Source: Felis catus (lineage: Eukaryota). From it: a stretch of DNA of 64,000 nucleotides. This document shows positions 1 through 13,220 of this stretch, piece by piece. Numbering within the stretch: the stretch's first letter is position 1; every line of letters starts with the position of its first letter. The stretch covers positions 139,440,001-139,504,000 of the forward strand of contig NC_058368.1 of NCBI RefSeq assembly GCF_018350175.1. The letters run 5' to 3'. A program made the translations under genes and the position numbers. Below the pieces are notes generated by a model that made no database searches, was not told the origin of the DNA, and saw only the letters and a list, made by a program, of their open reading frames with translations.

Positions 1-93
1 CTCCAGCTCTCTCTCTCTCAAAATAAATAAATAAACTTAAAAAAATGTGTTTCATTTTTGTCAACAAATTGATCTCGGGAAAAAGTATTTCTT

Positions 94-321
94 TTTTTTT
101 TTTTTAATTTTTTTTCAACGTTTTTTATTTATTTTTGGGACAGAGAGAAACAGAGCATGAACGGGGGACAGGCAGAGAGAGAGGGAGACACAGAATCGGA
201 AACAGGCTCCAGGCTCCGAGCCATCAGCCCAGAGCCTGACGCAGGGCTCGAACTCACGGACCGCGAGATCGTGACCTGGCTGAAGTCGGACGCTTAACCG
301 ACTGCGCCACCCAGGTGCCCC
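94..321 (-). mobile_element. Young Can-SINE (SINEC_Fc type)
   Basis: tRNA-derived head, (CT)n linker, A-tail; perfect 17-nt TSD gggaaaaagtatttctt at 77-93 and 324-340. Confidence 0.95.
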
Positions 322-977
322 AAGGGAAAAAGTATTTCTTGATACAAGGGTCAAAGAAAAGACTCAGAGAACATAAAATATAATGGGACTAAATTTTTTC
401 ACCTCAGATATTAAAATAGAGTACGATCATGTCTGACTTTCTCATTTGTATCACTGCATTGTCACTTATCTCTTTAAAATGATATATGATTCTTGAAGTC
501 AACCTCTGAGTTTTTCCCTCTGTTAATTCCTCATACAATGTTTGTGCTTGAGCAAAATGTTAGAAGATCAATTTAAAAATGGAGGCTTAAAATTAAAATT
601 AACAAAGAGAGACAAAAGGAACTATGTAAAGAGAGGAGAAAGAGAAGGGACAGGGAAATGGGAAAAAATTGGCATTCTCTCCAAAGTGAGAGAATAGTAT
701 TAAGGCCTCTAAGGAAAAGGCCTAAATAAAGCTCCCCTTACTCCCCATTCTGTATACTCCCTCTGAATGCTCCCATATGTATGTTAGAAACTGCTTCAGA
801 GGAGGTTATTCTAGCAACTAGAGAAAACCAAGATAAATTTAACTATTCAACTAAATAATATATTATAAAAAAGAAAGTTCAAAGTTAGCAGCCAGGATCA
901 AAATTGGGAGGGGGGATGAAATGTGTAGTTCAGTGAGTTCAAGTGATAAAGACAATTAAAATTTAAAGAATCCAAAC

Positions 978-1115
978 CTGCATTATCTTTTGCATTCACA
1001 TCTGCTCCGGATTCTATTAGCGCCTTCACCAGAGACAAATTTCCTCTTGTGGCAGCCAAATGAAGCCGGCTTTCCCTTCTGGCATGCCTCTTACTGATTC
1101 CAGCTGTTTTCATTT
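978..1115 (-). CDS. ANKRD31: ANKRD31 exon (~exon 16), start of ankyrin domain 2, 138 nt; gene continues beyond position 1
   Basis: ttttcAG|aa atg aaa...aat gca g|GTttgg; MKTAGISKRHARRESRLHLAATRGNLSLVKALIESGADVNAKDNA(G). Confidence 0.95.
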
Positions 1116-2512
1116 CTGAAAATTTGCCAAGCAAAACTGAGGCTTCTCTTCTGCCAGATGCTGATTATTACAAAGGAGCTTAGAAAATACAGAGCAACTT
1201 CCTTAAAATACCCTAAGTAGGGTACACTATACAAAACATACATCGATATCATCATTGCTATTACGGTTTTAAAATGTAACTTGTGGAGAAATTGTAGAGC
1301 ATCTAAGCACATTACTTTGCATTCATTCTAACAGTTACTCACTCAATCATAAGATTAAAACAAACTTACTACAGTTCTACACTCCTCTCATTCTCAGTAG
1401 TCCTGTAATAATGGATAACATTTTTCTTAAAACAAATTGTGATTTTATAAAACTCCTCTATTCTCTATCTCAGTGAGTGTGTTTCTGATCACAAAAGATG
1501 CCAAAAACCGAATTATGGCCTATTGACTGGTTTTTCTTCCATAAAGCATGTAGTACAATATCATTATCCAAAGGTTTTAAAATATATTTATTTATTTTTG
1601 AGAGAGAAAGAGGGTGTGTGTGTGTGCATGAGGAGGGGAGGGGTAGAGAGAGGGAGGGAGACAGAATCCCAAGCAGGCTTTGCACTGTCAGAGCAGAGCC
1701 TGATGCAGGGCTCTAACCCCAAGAACCATGAGATCATGACCTGAGCCAAAGTCAGGAGTCAGACACTTAACTGACTGATTCACGCAGGTGTCCCCAAAGA
1801 TTTTTAAAACTCTTTTCTTTGCACAAGTTAGAAAGACCTAAGTTGGAGCGAAAGCACACAAACCAACAACAACAAAAGAACCATATTTCCTTCTTAATTT
1901 CTTCCCTAAACCATGTTAAAATGATCGTAAAAGATTTTTTTTTAAATACCATATAAGGACAAAAGAAGAGGAAACAATGGAGGACAGAGGCGTCAACAAC
2001 TTTTTGGGAATCAGAAAATTAGTGACAGAGAAGAGTTAACTGACTTGGTAGACTGGGGGAAATGACTCAACCCAAATGGCTGCAAAAACAATTATAGAGA
2101 AAGAGAGTCCACCTGAACCCCAGCGCTTGAGGACATCAAGTACCATGGAAGGCAGGGTGCATGCAACTGGGCTAGAAGTGCAGAGATTGACTGAAAAACA
2201 AAAAACAAAAAACCATATATAGAAAAGTTGGGAATCCAAGTTCCCTTCCCTAATCCTGTAGTGTCTGGCAACCATTCCTCTTACCAAGGTCCCCATCCCC
2301 AAGCCAGGTAACTGGAGGTTATTTTCTGTAGAAATTGTATCAGAGAAGCTTCAGAGTGAGACATAAGGCAAAGTTGAGGTTTAGAGTGATGAAACAGAAA
2401 GGATATTCATTATACCAGTAGTTCTCAAATGTAGTCCCAGATTAGCAGTTATCAGTATGACCTGGGAAATGTGTTCAAAATGCAAATTCTCCAGCCCACT
2501 CCAAAAGCCTAC

Positions 2513-3219
2513 TGTAGAGGGCAGACTTTAAGATAACTCCTGGGGAGCTTGGGTGGCTCAGCCAGTTGAGTGTCAGACTCTTGATTTCTGCTCAGGTCGT
2601 GATCTCAAGGTTGAGACAATGAGCCTGTTTGGGATTCCCTCTCTCCCTCTCTGCCCCTCCCCTGCCTGCGCATGTGCTCTCTTTCAAAATAAATTAACTT
2701 AAAAACAAAACAAACACAAAACTTCTAATGATCCCCATCTCCTGGTATTTATGGCCTTGGATAATCCCATCCTCTTGAATAATTTGCTTCTAACCAATAG
2801 AAGACCTCAATATCAAGAGTATATTTCATTCCTTTCATTAGGCTACAAGAGACTAACATTTTCTGTCTTGCTAGCAAATTTGCGCTATCACCTTCAACGT
2901 GCATGTTTTGATGAACCAAGTGGACATGCTGGAAAAACTCATGAAGGAAGAAACTGAGGATGACCACAAACTGGCCACAACCCTCAAGGAACTGAATTCT
3001 GACAACCACCACATGAGCTTGAAAATGGATCCTTCCCTTGTTGACACTTCAGATGAGACCTGTCTTGGCCAACAGCTTGCTTGTAGCCTATAAAATAAAC
3101 TGAGCAGAAGACCTGCTTAAGCCATACCCAATTCCTGACCTGCAGCAACTATGAGGTTGAAAAATGTGTGTTGTTTTAAGCTAAGTTTGTGAATTTGTTC
3201 TATACCAAGAGAGAACACA
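2513..3219 (+). mobile_element. MLT1 (ERVL-MaLR) solo LTR containing a SINE, inserted in a MER5A-like hAT MITE (~2414-2512 and 3220-3320)
   Basis: TG...CA termini; 5-bp TSD cctac/cctaa; MER5-type halves either side (cagtagttctcaaa / tttgcaaaccattg). Confidence 0.75.
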
Positions 3220-5245
3220 CCTAATAAATCAGATGTTTTGAGGCTAGAGTCCAGCAATATGTATTTTAATAAGCTTTTCAGGTGATTTTGATGCAGGATA
3301 AGGTTTGCAAACCATTGCTTTAAACCTTAAGACCCTCTCCCTGCTCCATTTCCTAAATGCCAGCAAGAGGATTCTTTGATTATATGAATCACAGGAATAG
3401 TAACAGCCTCATGGCTATCTTCCAATGACATCCAGACAAAATCATATTGCTCTTCAGAAATTTGTGCTTAGTGGGGTGCCTGGGTGGCTCAGTCAGTTAA
3501 GTGTCTGACTTCGGTGCAGGTCACGATCACAAGATTCGTGGTTCCGAGCCCTGCGTCAGACTCTGTGCTGACAGCTCAGAACCTGGAGCCTGCTTCAGAT
3601 TCTGTGTCTCCCTCTCTCTCTGCCACTCCCCTGCTCATGTTCTCTCTCTCTCTCAAAAAAAAAAACATTAAAAAAAAGAAGAAGAAATTTGCACTCAGCA
3701 ATTCTTTACTGGAACAATAAAGACATTTTATGTCTATTATATATATTCAATATTTTATATACATATATAAAGAACATATTTTAAAATTATGAAATACCCA
3801 AAATGGCAGACCTGCAGTTTTCAAGTTTGAATTGAAAAATCTCTCCCAGTCATTGTTACTGTTAATGGTCCAAACCTTCTCACCTTGTTCTTTGTGTTAT
3901 AGCAAAGGAGGTAGGCACATAATAAACATTTTGGGGCAAAAACTCTAAAATTCTTCAAAGTTATTGTCATCATAAATTTCTACACCATGTAACTAAAATT
4001 TTAAAATAAAATCTGGAAAAAAAAACTAGAAAGGAAAAAAAGAGGACTCAATTTAAACTTGCAAAAAAACTTCTTCATAAAGTCAACTGTTGTTAATACT
4101 AGGTACTTTTTAATAGCATTATACTTTATTAATAAATTAATAAATATTAATAATTATTAAAAATATAATATTGAATACATGGTATTAAGATTTATTTTTA
4201 GTTTGTGAGTTGGTTTTTTGAGAGTGAGTAGGGGAGGGTCAAAGAGAACGGGAGAGAGAAAATCCCAAGCAAGCTCATGCTGTCAGTGCAGAGCCCGACA
4301 CAGGTCTCGAACCCATGAACCATGAGATTAAGAGTTACCTGATCTGTAACCAGGAGTCGGAGGCTTAATCAACTGAGCCATCCAGGCACCCCAATAATAT
4401 TATTTATTAATAAAGTATAATGCTATTAAATACTCAGCTTTCAGTTACTTTGTATGTGATCTATTCTTTACTCTCTGGAAGCTCAAGATCCTTAATTATA
4501 TCTGCAGAGATTCTTTTTCTAAATAAGATAATATTCACCTCTATATAAAATAATATCACAGGTTCCAGGGATTAAGACATGGACATGTTTTGGAGGACCA
4601 CTATTCAACCCACTACAGGAGGGATGTATAAGAAGGTCTTTAGATTACACAAGAGAGGGACAATGGGACAAGGTTCTCAGAGAATGCCTAATCCAGTGTT
4701 CTTCCTACCTCTTAAGAAACAATAGACAAATGAACTTTTCAGTGTTTAATATTTAACCTGAAGTGGCTTGGCCCAGCCTATTGTTCACCACAGCCTTATC
4801 TCCAAGGACCATCAAAAGAGAGTTAGCATGTCTATATTGCCAAGCACACACAGTTCATTCATCTGACAAAATGAAAACCAGTGGCTACTCTTTAATTTCC
4901 CTTATGTTGAAAGGGCTCTCTGGAAGCTGTTAAGTGATCTGGCACAGTTCAGATGTGCTGCCCCCACTCAATATCATTGCTGTCTGCTTATTTTACCTCC
5001 TCTAACATTTCAAGTTAAAAGTCTTAGGCAGAAATATGACAAGAATGTATCTGAAGACTAATGGATTCTCAAGTGGCACTTTATAGTAAAACCATCTGAT
5101 AAATATAGCTGAAGTAATCTTATAGCCTAGTGAATGAGAAAAAAAATCAACCGTAAATGTGAAAGTTTAGCAATTCCCTGAAGTAGAGTGGATTGCTGGG
5201 ATTGATCATGTCAACTTTTACCTAGACAAGTATAGAAATACAAAC

Positions 5246-5410
5246 CTTGGCTGCAGGTAGCTTTCAAAAAATTTTGTCTTTTTCTCAAATTCCGGACTTT
5301 TTTGTGTTTCTGGATACCAGTAGACATTTGAATTTCAGAATCTGTTTTTTCTTTTTTTTCAGTGTTTCTCACAGAGTTTTCATCTCCATTGATATTAGTT
5401 AATTTCTCAC
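5246..5410 (-). CDS. ANKRD31: ANKRD31 exon (~exon 15), 165 nt
   Basis: ttttcAG|gt gag aaa...caa g|GTttgt; EKLTNINGDENS...KRQNFLKATCSQ. Confidence 0.93.
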
Positions 5411-5511
5411 CTGAAAACCAAACATTTTGCAACATACAGTTTTCCTTACTAGCTACATGATTAGAAAAGAGTCTGGTCACATAACTGTTTCAAGTTTCTG
5501 TTCCTACCTGG

Positions 5512-5516
<5 letters not shown>

Positions 5517-5566
<50 letters not shown>

Positions 5567-5572
5567 TGTGTG
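5517..5572. repeat. (TG)n microsatellite ~105 bp upstream of the exon ~15 acceptor
   Basis: Direct reading. Confidence 0.97.
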
Positions 5573-6041
5573 TTTTAAGGGAATGAAAGTCTTAAAAAAT
5601 GTTTTTAGGGGTGCCTGGCTGGCTCAGTCAATAGAGTATGTGACTCTTGATCTCAGGGTTATGAGTTTGAGCCCCAGGTTGAGGACAGAGATTACTTAAA
5701 AATAAATTCTTAAAAAAGTATACCTTTATATAACAAAGTGTGCTAGATACAATACTTACAGGAATACAGTGAACCACTGAAATCAAATAAGCTAACAATT
5801 TCCTGCTATAGAAACTTCTATAAATTATTAACTTCTATAAACATCAATTTATCAACAATCTTTGATGATAATAGTTTGATTTTCAAGTCAACAATATTAA
5901 TTAATAGTATCCCTAAATTATACTCTACATGTCCTGATTCTGGTCAGTTTGGGCATAAGGTGAGTGGAATTCAGTTAGAAATTTCTATCAAATAAGTAAA
6001 TCTATTGGAAATGTGTACTAATCAAGAAATATTATTAATAC

Positions 6042-7521
6042 CTGGTATATGAGAAATTTCTTTCTCTTCTTTTTGTCTAAGTTGTGAGACATTGGTCAAT
6101 TCCTTGTTAATATTGTCGGCAGAATAAAAAATTATATTATGTATGGTTTTGTTCTCTGGAATATCTTGTTTCCTTTTTTCAACTGTAGTTGTTTCTATTA
6201 CATGAGAATTAACAACTGCAGACAAAGGCCCTTTGGAAGAATTTGGTTTTTGACTTTCATCGTTGTAATCCCTTTTAGCATCTTCTCCCTCATTTACCTT
6301 TTCCACAGTATGCGTATCTGTTTGATCCATTAAAGGATCTTGAGGCCTTTTGAATAGCTCCACATGACTAGTCAACTTTGAAGTTCCCTGTGTTGAAAAT
6401 GTTCCTGGACAAAGCTCTGGACTGCCATGTGAATGATCAAAAGAAGTTTCATATGTGCATCGTCCGTAATTTGCAACATGTTGTTCAGGACCTATTGTAT
6501 TACCTGACTCAAAAAAATCAACAGCTTCCTGTTGTGGAAATATGGTTAGACTGCAAGCTTTTAACTTATTTTCCTGTGAAATACAGTCTTCAGAAGGGAA
6601 AACCTGTTGAAAATCCATTTCTTCTCTATTTGTTATATTCTCTTCACAATTATAGTGGTTTTTGCAACCCGTAGAACATACCACTTTTTTAGGTGTTATA
6701 GTCTTCTCAGAGATATAGCAATCATCATCATCACTAAGATTTTCCTTTATAAAGGATGCGAAAGAATTTTCCCACTCATTAAGGCTCTCACCTTTTTGAC
6801 CCAAGTTACTATTTTCATGAGAAAGGCTAATGTGCTGTTGTTCTTGGTGAGTGTCAGGCTGCTGATGTGTAGTAACAAGTGGTAACTTGATTTCTTTCTG
6901 TAAGGAAAGTCCTGAGAAAAAAACAGCTTCAGCTCCATGAGTGGATTCCAAGCATTTTGTTTCCTGATTATCTGATAAATCCAGGCTGTGGATATGTGTC
7001 TCTTTGAGAACTGAACAAGCCTCCATACTATTACCTAATCCATTTTTCAGGCTTGACGGAGCTAGGCTAAAAAGTTTATGTGACTTTTCTGGAAGGTCAG
7101 CAAAGCCTTGGAGAATATCTTGTTGACCAGTAACCAATCTATTTATTCTTCTGGAAGAAGAAACAGCGACTGTCTTTCTTGGAATGCTTTCTTGTTTTGC
7201 ATCATCCACTTGAGTTCTTTTATGCCATGTGTTTCTTCTTCCTCTGGCTTTAGACACATTTGTGCTAGGACCTTTGATATCCTGGAGACTGTCTTTCCTG
7301 AGTCCTCTAATAGAGTGTATTTGGTTAAGAGCTGATTGCTTATGCATGGATTTACCAAATTTTGTGTCTTTGGAATCTCTTCGGTAATGTTCATATACAT
7401 CTTTATTTATAAATAAACCTTCTTTGCTTCCTTTATCAACTTTTACATCTTCTGATTTCTGTCTGTTGGAATTTTCATCACAAACAAACCCAATGAGATT
7501 TTTAGAACTGAATTTTGGTTT
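6042..7521 (-). CDS. ANKRD31: ANKRD31 large central exon (~exon 14), 1480 nt, phase 0->1
   Basis: tttctttAG|aaa cca aaa ttc...ata cca g|GTatta; fully open and contains the 441-aa ORF 6022..7347; KPKFSSKN...KEEKEISHIP. Confidence 0.95.
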
Positions 7522-8692
7522 CTAAAGAAAGAAAACATAGTTAGCTTTAATTTTCCGCTGTAGCTCTATATTCAATTAACTCAGAATTGTCGATAAATGA
7601 AATCATTATGCCATTCAATGTTATGATTTGATCTAAACACAGCACCTGATGGCATATATATACAACGTCGTATTTCAAAAAAGGATTAACAGAAAAAGGG
7701 AAATGTAGTAGATTAAGACTCATTATGTGTACTAATCCATATTTTTTGGTTCACATTTTGTTTTTGCCAGTATTCAGCACTGTTCCTCTTATTAGGCATA
7801 ATTCAAAATTTAATCTACTTAATTTTTATAGGCTTTAAACATAACCCAATGAGAATGCTTTAGAAATATTCTCCTCTCCCAATTGTTATACAGATAGAGC
7901 TAGAATTGAGAGTTTTTTCATTTAGTATCTGACAGACTATAGGTAGGGCAGGAAAATAGGGGATTTAAAAACAAGAAGATAGCCTGAGTGGCTCAGTCGG
8001 TTGAGCATTAGACTCCTGATTTCGGCTGAGGTCATGATTCCAGGGTTGTAGGACTGAGCCCCATGTTGATCCCATGCTGAGTGTGGAGACTGCTTAAGAT
8101 TCTCCTCTCTTCCTCTGCCCATCTCCCCTGCTGGCATTCTCTCCTTCTCTCTCAAAATAAAAAAAAATAAAAATAAAAACCAACCAACGAACCAACCAAA
8201 AAAACCCCAAAAAACAAACAAAACAAAACAAAACCCAAGAAGGCAGATAGGCTCCCAAACCAATCTGCATGAAAAAACTGTTGTGGGCTGCTAAGATTAA
8301 AACAGGGACACTGCTTCCTCTCAGTCACCACAAACCAAGCCCCAAATGAAGAGTAATGGCCCACAGTATAAAGTTTGAAGGAATGGGTTGACACCTCTGG
8401 CCAGAAGAAATTTGACATGGATGATAAACCCCATGGCTCCATGAAGAGGAGGAAAAAGGAAATGGCTATTGACACATCGGTGTGCCAAAATATGCTACCT
8501 TTACTCAACTGCTTCCTGAACTAACAGCCCAGAACACTGATTCTCACGTAACTATTCCAAAGTTTCTTAAAAGCAAGGTGAAGTCACTGTTCCTGATGAA
8601 TGCTTTAACCATCTTTCTTTCCACTCTGATAATCTATAAAATGGGCAGCGTGTGCAATCTATAAAAATGTTTACTGCTAAACAGCGCTATAC

Positions 8693-8745
8693 CTTGTGCT
8701 GGTGTACATCCTCTATGTCTGATAGGTCAGTGCTATTCTTTTGAG
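8693..8745 (-). CDS. ANKRD31: ANKRD31 exon (~exon 13), 53 nt, phase 1->0
   Basis: tttgtttacAG|ct caa...cac aag|GTatag; (A)QKNSTDLSDIEDVHQHK. Confidence 0.9.
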
Positions 8746-9629
8746 CTGTAAACAAAAAGAGAAAATCAAAGAAAACAGCCTCCTGTAGTCAGACTCTAGA
8801 CTTCTAAAACCCAGAAGTCCTTTGCCATGAGAAAACCAGAGGATAAGTGAAATTATGCAAACATTTTCCATTCAAATTGGCACATATAACGTTCCTATAA
8901 CTAATAACTTTCATATTTATTAGAAACCCCGTACTATCTTGAGAAAGCTGAAAATATTTCTGTAGGAAAAGCAATATGGCCCCAACAAAATAACAACAAA
9001 GATGGGCAATGAACTATTTCTATATTTCCCACAGATATATCCAGATATGGAGCAGTCAGCAAACTACTTTTATATAGCAAAAAATTATTTCATAATTAAC
9101 TGGATTATCATTTCCTAATATGTCTGCTTAATAAGGTTCTAGTCTGAATGCTTTGTTCTCTTAAAAATGAAACATACATGCATAGAAAAGGCCAGTCTTG
9201 AGAATACGTAAGAAAAAAAAAATGGCTTAATAAAATATACCTAGGTTAATAATAAAAGTACTTTAGTGTCTCTTTTAAATCCTAGAGGTAGAATTAATTA
9301 CCTATATATACATTTGGCCTCAAAAGACAAAAGCCTAGAAACAGTGCCTTATACGTAGGAGGTATTCAATCATTATCTAATAGAAGAAGGAATAATGAAT
9401 GAACATCTTAGGTGTGATATGTAAACAATTTAAAATTCTTTAAATACACTAAGAACTAGAAATATAAAAATATTTTAACAGGGATGTAACTGGAAAAAGA
9501 ATATTTTATTTCTTGGGAATAATTTTCATGATAGCAATCAACTTACAACGAGCATAATGAGGCCTGGCATTCACCTACTCACCTCATACAGAAGACAGTA
9601 AGTTCATAGGATGTCCTTCAATGAAGCAA

Positions 9630-9870
9630 ACAGGCTTGGAGCACAGTCTCTGGAGGCTACTCCTGAGTTTCTATCTTTACTCATTTGCTTAGCAGCTGGG
9701 TGACCCTGGGTAAGTTTCTTAGTATCTCTGCCTCAGTTCCATAAAATGAAGGTAGTAATCGTCCCTATCTTACAGAATTGTTGTGAAGATTCAGTAAGAT
9801 AATCCATGTAATCCATGCACAGAGTTTAGAGGAGGTCCTGACACATAGAAAGTGCTCCATTATTAATTTT
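9630..9870. mobile_element. MIR SINE
   Basis: Core gtgaccctgggtaagtttcttagtatctctgcctcagttccataaaatgaagg...gttgtgaagatt. Confidence 0.75.
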
Positions 9871-11238
9871 ATTATTTTTTTTTCAAGAGCAGAAAGGACT
9901 CTGTGCCTTTTCCTAACTGTGGTTCTTAAATAAGACAGCAAGAAAATATTTCACAGGAACCACCATTTTGGGCATGGTTCCTAAGAGAATCTGGAAGCTA
10001 GAAAGGGGCTTTAATCTCCTCTCAGTTTCAAGAGTCTATATGCTCTAGTATAACCAATTTAACAAAAAAAATCTATACAAGTATCAATTCTGAGGTGGTG
10101 AATGTTGGTGATGTAGCTGTAATTTTTTTCACTCTGTTATTTCAAGCTTCTGTCATATGTAAGGTACTGTACTGAAGCATCTTACATACATCAACTCTAA
10201 TCCTCACAGTAACAATCCCACAGGTATCTAAGTAGAGGAGCAGATATTAGAAGCCCAAATTTACAGATAAGAAAACTGAGTGTTAATATACCTCAGGCTA
10301 TAAAGTTACTAAGAATGAACTCCTGTCCTATACCAAAGAAGATGTATTTTACTCTAAGAAAACCACCAAATATTATTGCATGAGGGAGGTTTTTTTATCC
10401 ATCATTCCCGTAACTAAAAGCTATTCAACTCAAATTTAAAAACAGAAACTCTCAACTAGTTTTTTCATTTATATTGATGTCAGCTAATAATTAATGACAG
10501 ACTTCAAAACTTCAAACAAGAAATATTCAAACCACCTACTAAAGCATGATAACACAGCCCAGCTTCGTAAATTCCCTCACCAAGGAAGAATGGAAGCTAA
10601 ATCCTAAGAAAAAAGGCTTGGGATCCTTTTCCATGAAAGAAATTCCCTTGGGTAGGTGTAGGTCAGAAGTGGGCATTAGTGAATGGGAGATTCTAGATTT
10701 GGAGAAAGGACTATAATGCTGGAGAAAGCACTCTCAGAAAAGGAAAACAATGCATGCTATTAAAATAGAGCAGTAAAGAAATTAAGCAGATTATCAAAGC
10801 AAAAATTTCAAAACATACATGCTTTGGCCTCCAACTGAATATGTGCAATTTTCCACATAGCTTGAAATGTAAATATAAGTGCAATAATTTATCTCAATGA
10901 ATGGAAGCATGAATAATCTATCTCAATGTGCTTTTACAGACCTGGCCTCAACAAGGTGTAGTCTGTCCCTCTTATTTTCTGATGAGACTGGGCTACAGGG
11001 GAAGGAGTGTTTTGTTCTAAAGAACCATTAACTAATTGCCTCTTGGTGGCCTTTAATTCTCAATGAAGTTATCTCGTTATTATAAAGTAGGGTGTTGGGG
11101 TGCCTAGGTGGCTCAGTCAGCTGAGAGTCCAACTCTTGATTTCGGCTCAGATCATGATTCCAGGGTCTTGGGATCCAGCTGTCAGGCTCCATGCTTAAGA
11201 TTCTCTCTCTCTCTCTTTCTCTGCTCCTATCCACCACT

Positions 11239-11278
<40 letters not shown>

Positions 11279-11290
11279 AAATAAATAAAT

Positions 11291-11325
11291 ATTGCTTCTC
11301 GGCCTTTTGGCTAAGATCAAGTGTA
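11291..11325 (+). pseudogene. 3'-truncated U2 snRNA retropseudogene (U2 nt 1-35)
   Basis: ATTGCTTCTCGGCCTTTTGGCTAAGATCAAGTGTA equals the U2 5' end with one mismatch; flanked by direct repeat aaaaaataaataaa (11276-11289 and 11326-11339) inside a SINE tail. Confidence 0.92.
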
Positions 11326-11731
11326 AAAAAATAAATAAAATAACATAGGTTGTTTTCATCCAAGTCTTAGTTGTTTGTCAACAGCATTCAAATAGTTACC
11401 TCTTAGGGAAAATGTTATTAACATATAGTTTGGTAAAAGTGAATGAAGCACACATACAGCTCCTGAAGGTAAAGACTTTATTTTGTTTGTTTTGTTTAAA
11501 AGGACTGACACACTACTTATTCAACAAATATTTACTCAACGCCTACTGGGTACAAGGCACTTAAGTATTCATCACCAGACTAAACACAAATCCTTTCCTT
11601 CATGGAGCTTAGATTCTGGTGGGGGAAGACTGAAAATAAAAAATAAACAAATTGTCCAATGTGTTAGAAGGTGTTAAGTGCTATGGAAAAGGGATAAATA
11701 GAAGAGTAATATAAGGTAAGAAGGATTGGAG

Positions 11732-12243
11732 TGTGGCAGTTTGAAAAATATGTTCATAAAATTTTTGGTATTTCCTCCTTTCAAAAGGTGGAACTTCGTA
11801 GACTTAGTGACTTACTACAACAAATAGAATATGGCATAAGTGCTTCCAAGATTAGTTTATAGAAAGCTTGGGGCCTCTGTCTTGGGTGCGTTCTCTCTTA
11901 GATCACTTGCTCTGAGCCAGCTACAAGGCTGTCAGCAGCTCTATGGAGAAAGCTCCGGTGGCAAGTAATTGAAACCTCCAGCTAATGAGCAGTGAGGCAA
12001 TGAGGCCTGCCGATAACCAGGTGAATGAGCTTCAAAGTGGATTTTCCTGCCCTAGCCGAGCCTTGTGATGACCATTCCTCACTAAGAGCTTGGCTGCAAC
12101 CTGTAAGAGACACTGATTCAGAACTGGTTACTCAGTTAAACTGCTTCCAGACTTCTACTCCTCAGAAACTGTGAGAGATAATACATTTGGTATTCTGAGA
12201 TGCTAAATTTCGGGTAACTTGCATAGAGATAGGTAACTAATAT
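11732..12243 (+). mobile_element. MLT1 MaLR LTR inserted in an L2 fossil (~11510-12540)
   Basis: tgtggcag start; cagaaactgtgagagataatac...aactaata end; L2 3' motif ttattcaacaaatatttact upstream. Confidence 0.7.
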
Positions 12244-13075
12244 GGTGAGGGTGGGAAAGAGGTAGGTTGCAGTATTAAATAGGATGGTTGAGGTCTCCCT
12301 GAGAAGATGACATTTAAACTAAGACTTGAAGGAGGTGGAAGAGGCATATTTGAGAAACAGCAAGAAAGCCAGTGTGACTGAAGCTGAGAGACAGAGGTAG
12401 AGAATGGTAGAAGTTAACTGGTTGGGTGGCCAGCTCATATAGGGGCCTGTATGCCACTGTAAGGAGGCTGACATTTCTTCTAGATTAAATGGGAAGCCAC
12501 TGCAGGGTTTGAGCAGAGGAATGCTGTGATCTTACCAAAAAATCTAACAGATGCATTAAGGAGAATATAAAGAAAGTTTCATGCATGTAAATTATTCTTA
12601 TAACTTTGTTATTGACAACTATAAATCAAGTTCTTTGGTAGTTCAATTTTTAACAGTGTAATGGATGACAGGGCAAAAATATAACCATAGGAGAAGATTC
12701 TTAGGGGATGGAAACAAAAACAATCCTGACCATACTCATCGAACTACATCATATCATGTTAGCCAAAAAACTGTCAGGGGAGTTGGGGGGGACCAGAACT
12801 TTATAAAAGTTTTCTTAACTGTTTGTAATGCACAACTAGGAAAAAGTACCTTTGATATTATCCCTTTTTTCTCTTTGTTCTTTTGGAGTCCTTACATTAT
12901 GTGCATTTGCAAACAAGTCAGTGTGCTTTACTAAAGGAATGGAGCAAGGACACCACTGGATAGACATTCTCACAACTAAGGAGGAAAGGAAATTAAATTT
13001 CTGTAATTCTAAATTCAATTCCTGTAACTCTCTACCAACATGATGAACAGATATAACAGGCCAGTTTAATCTTAC

Positions 13076-13220
13076 CTGATGTAAGATGTTTTTGGTGTTT
13101 AGGAATATATTTCTCAAGGAGACGCTTCATACGTGAATCTTTGGCCTCATCCAAAGCACACTTTCCATTGTCACTTCTAAGTAAGGGATCAGCTCCATTC
13201 AAAAGAAGTAACGCTGCCAC
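13076..13220 (-). CDS. ANKRD31: ANKRD31 exon (~exon 12), end of ankyrin domain 1, 145 nt
   Basis: cctgtAG|gtg gca...tca g|GTaaga; VAALLLLNGADPLLRSDNGKCALDEAKDSRMKRLLEKYIPKHQKHLTS. Confidence 0.95.

Noticed and set aside
8290..8660. Plus-strand open stretch (KEWVDTSGQKKFDMDDKPH...)
   Set aside because: Short, no recognisable homology, no poly(A) or TSD evidence.
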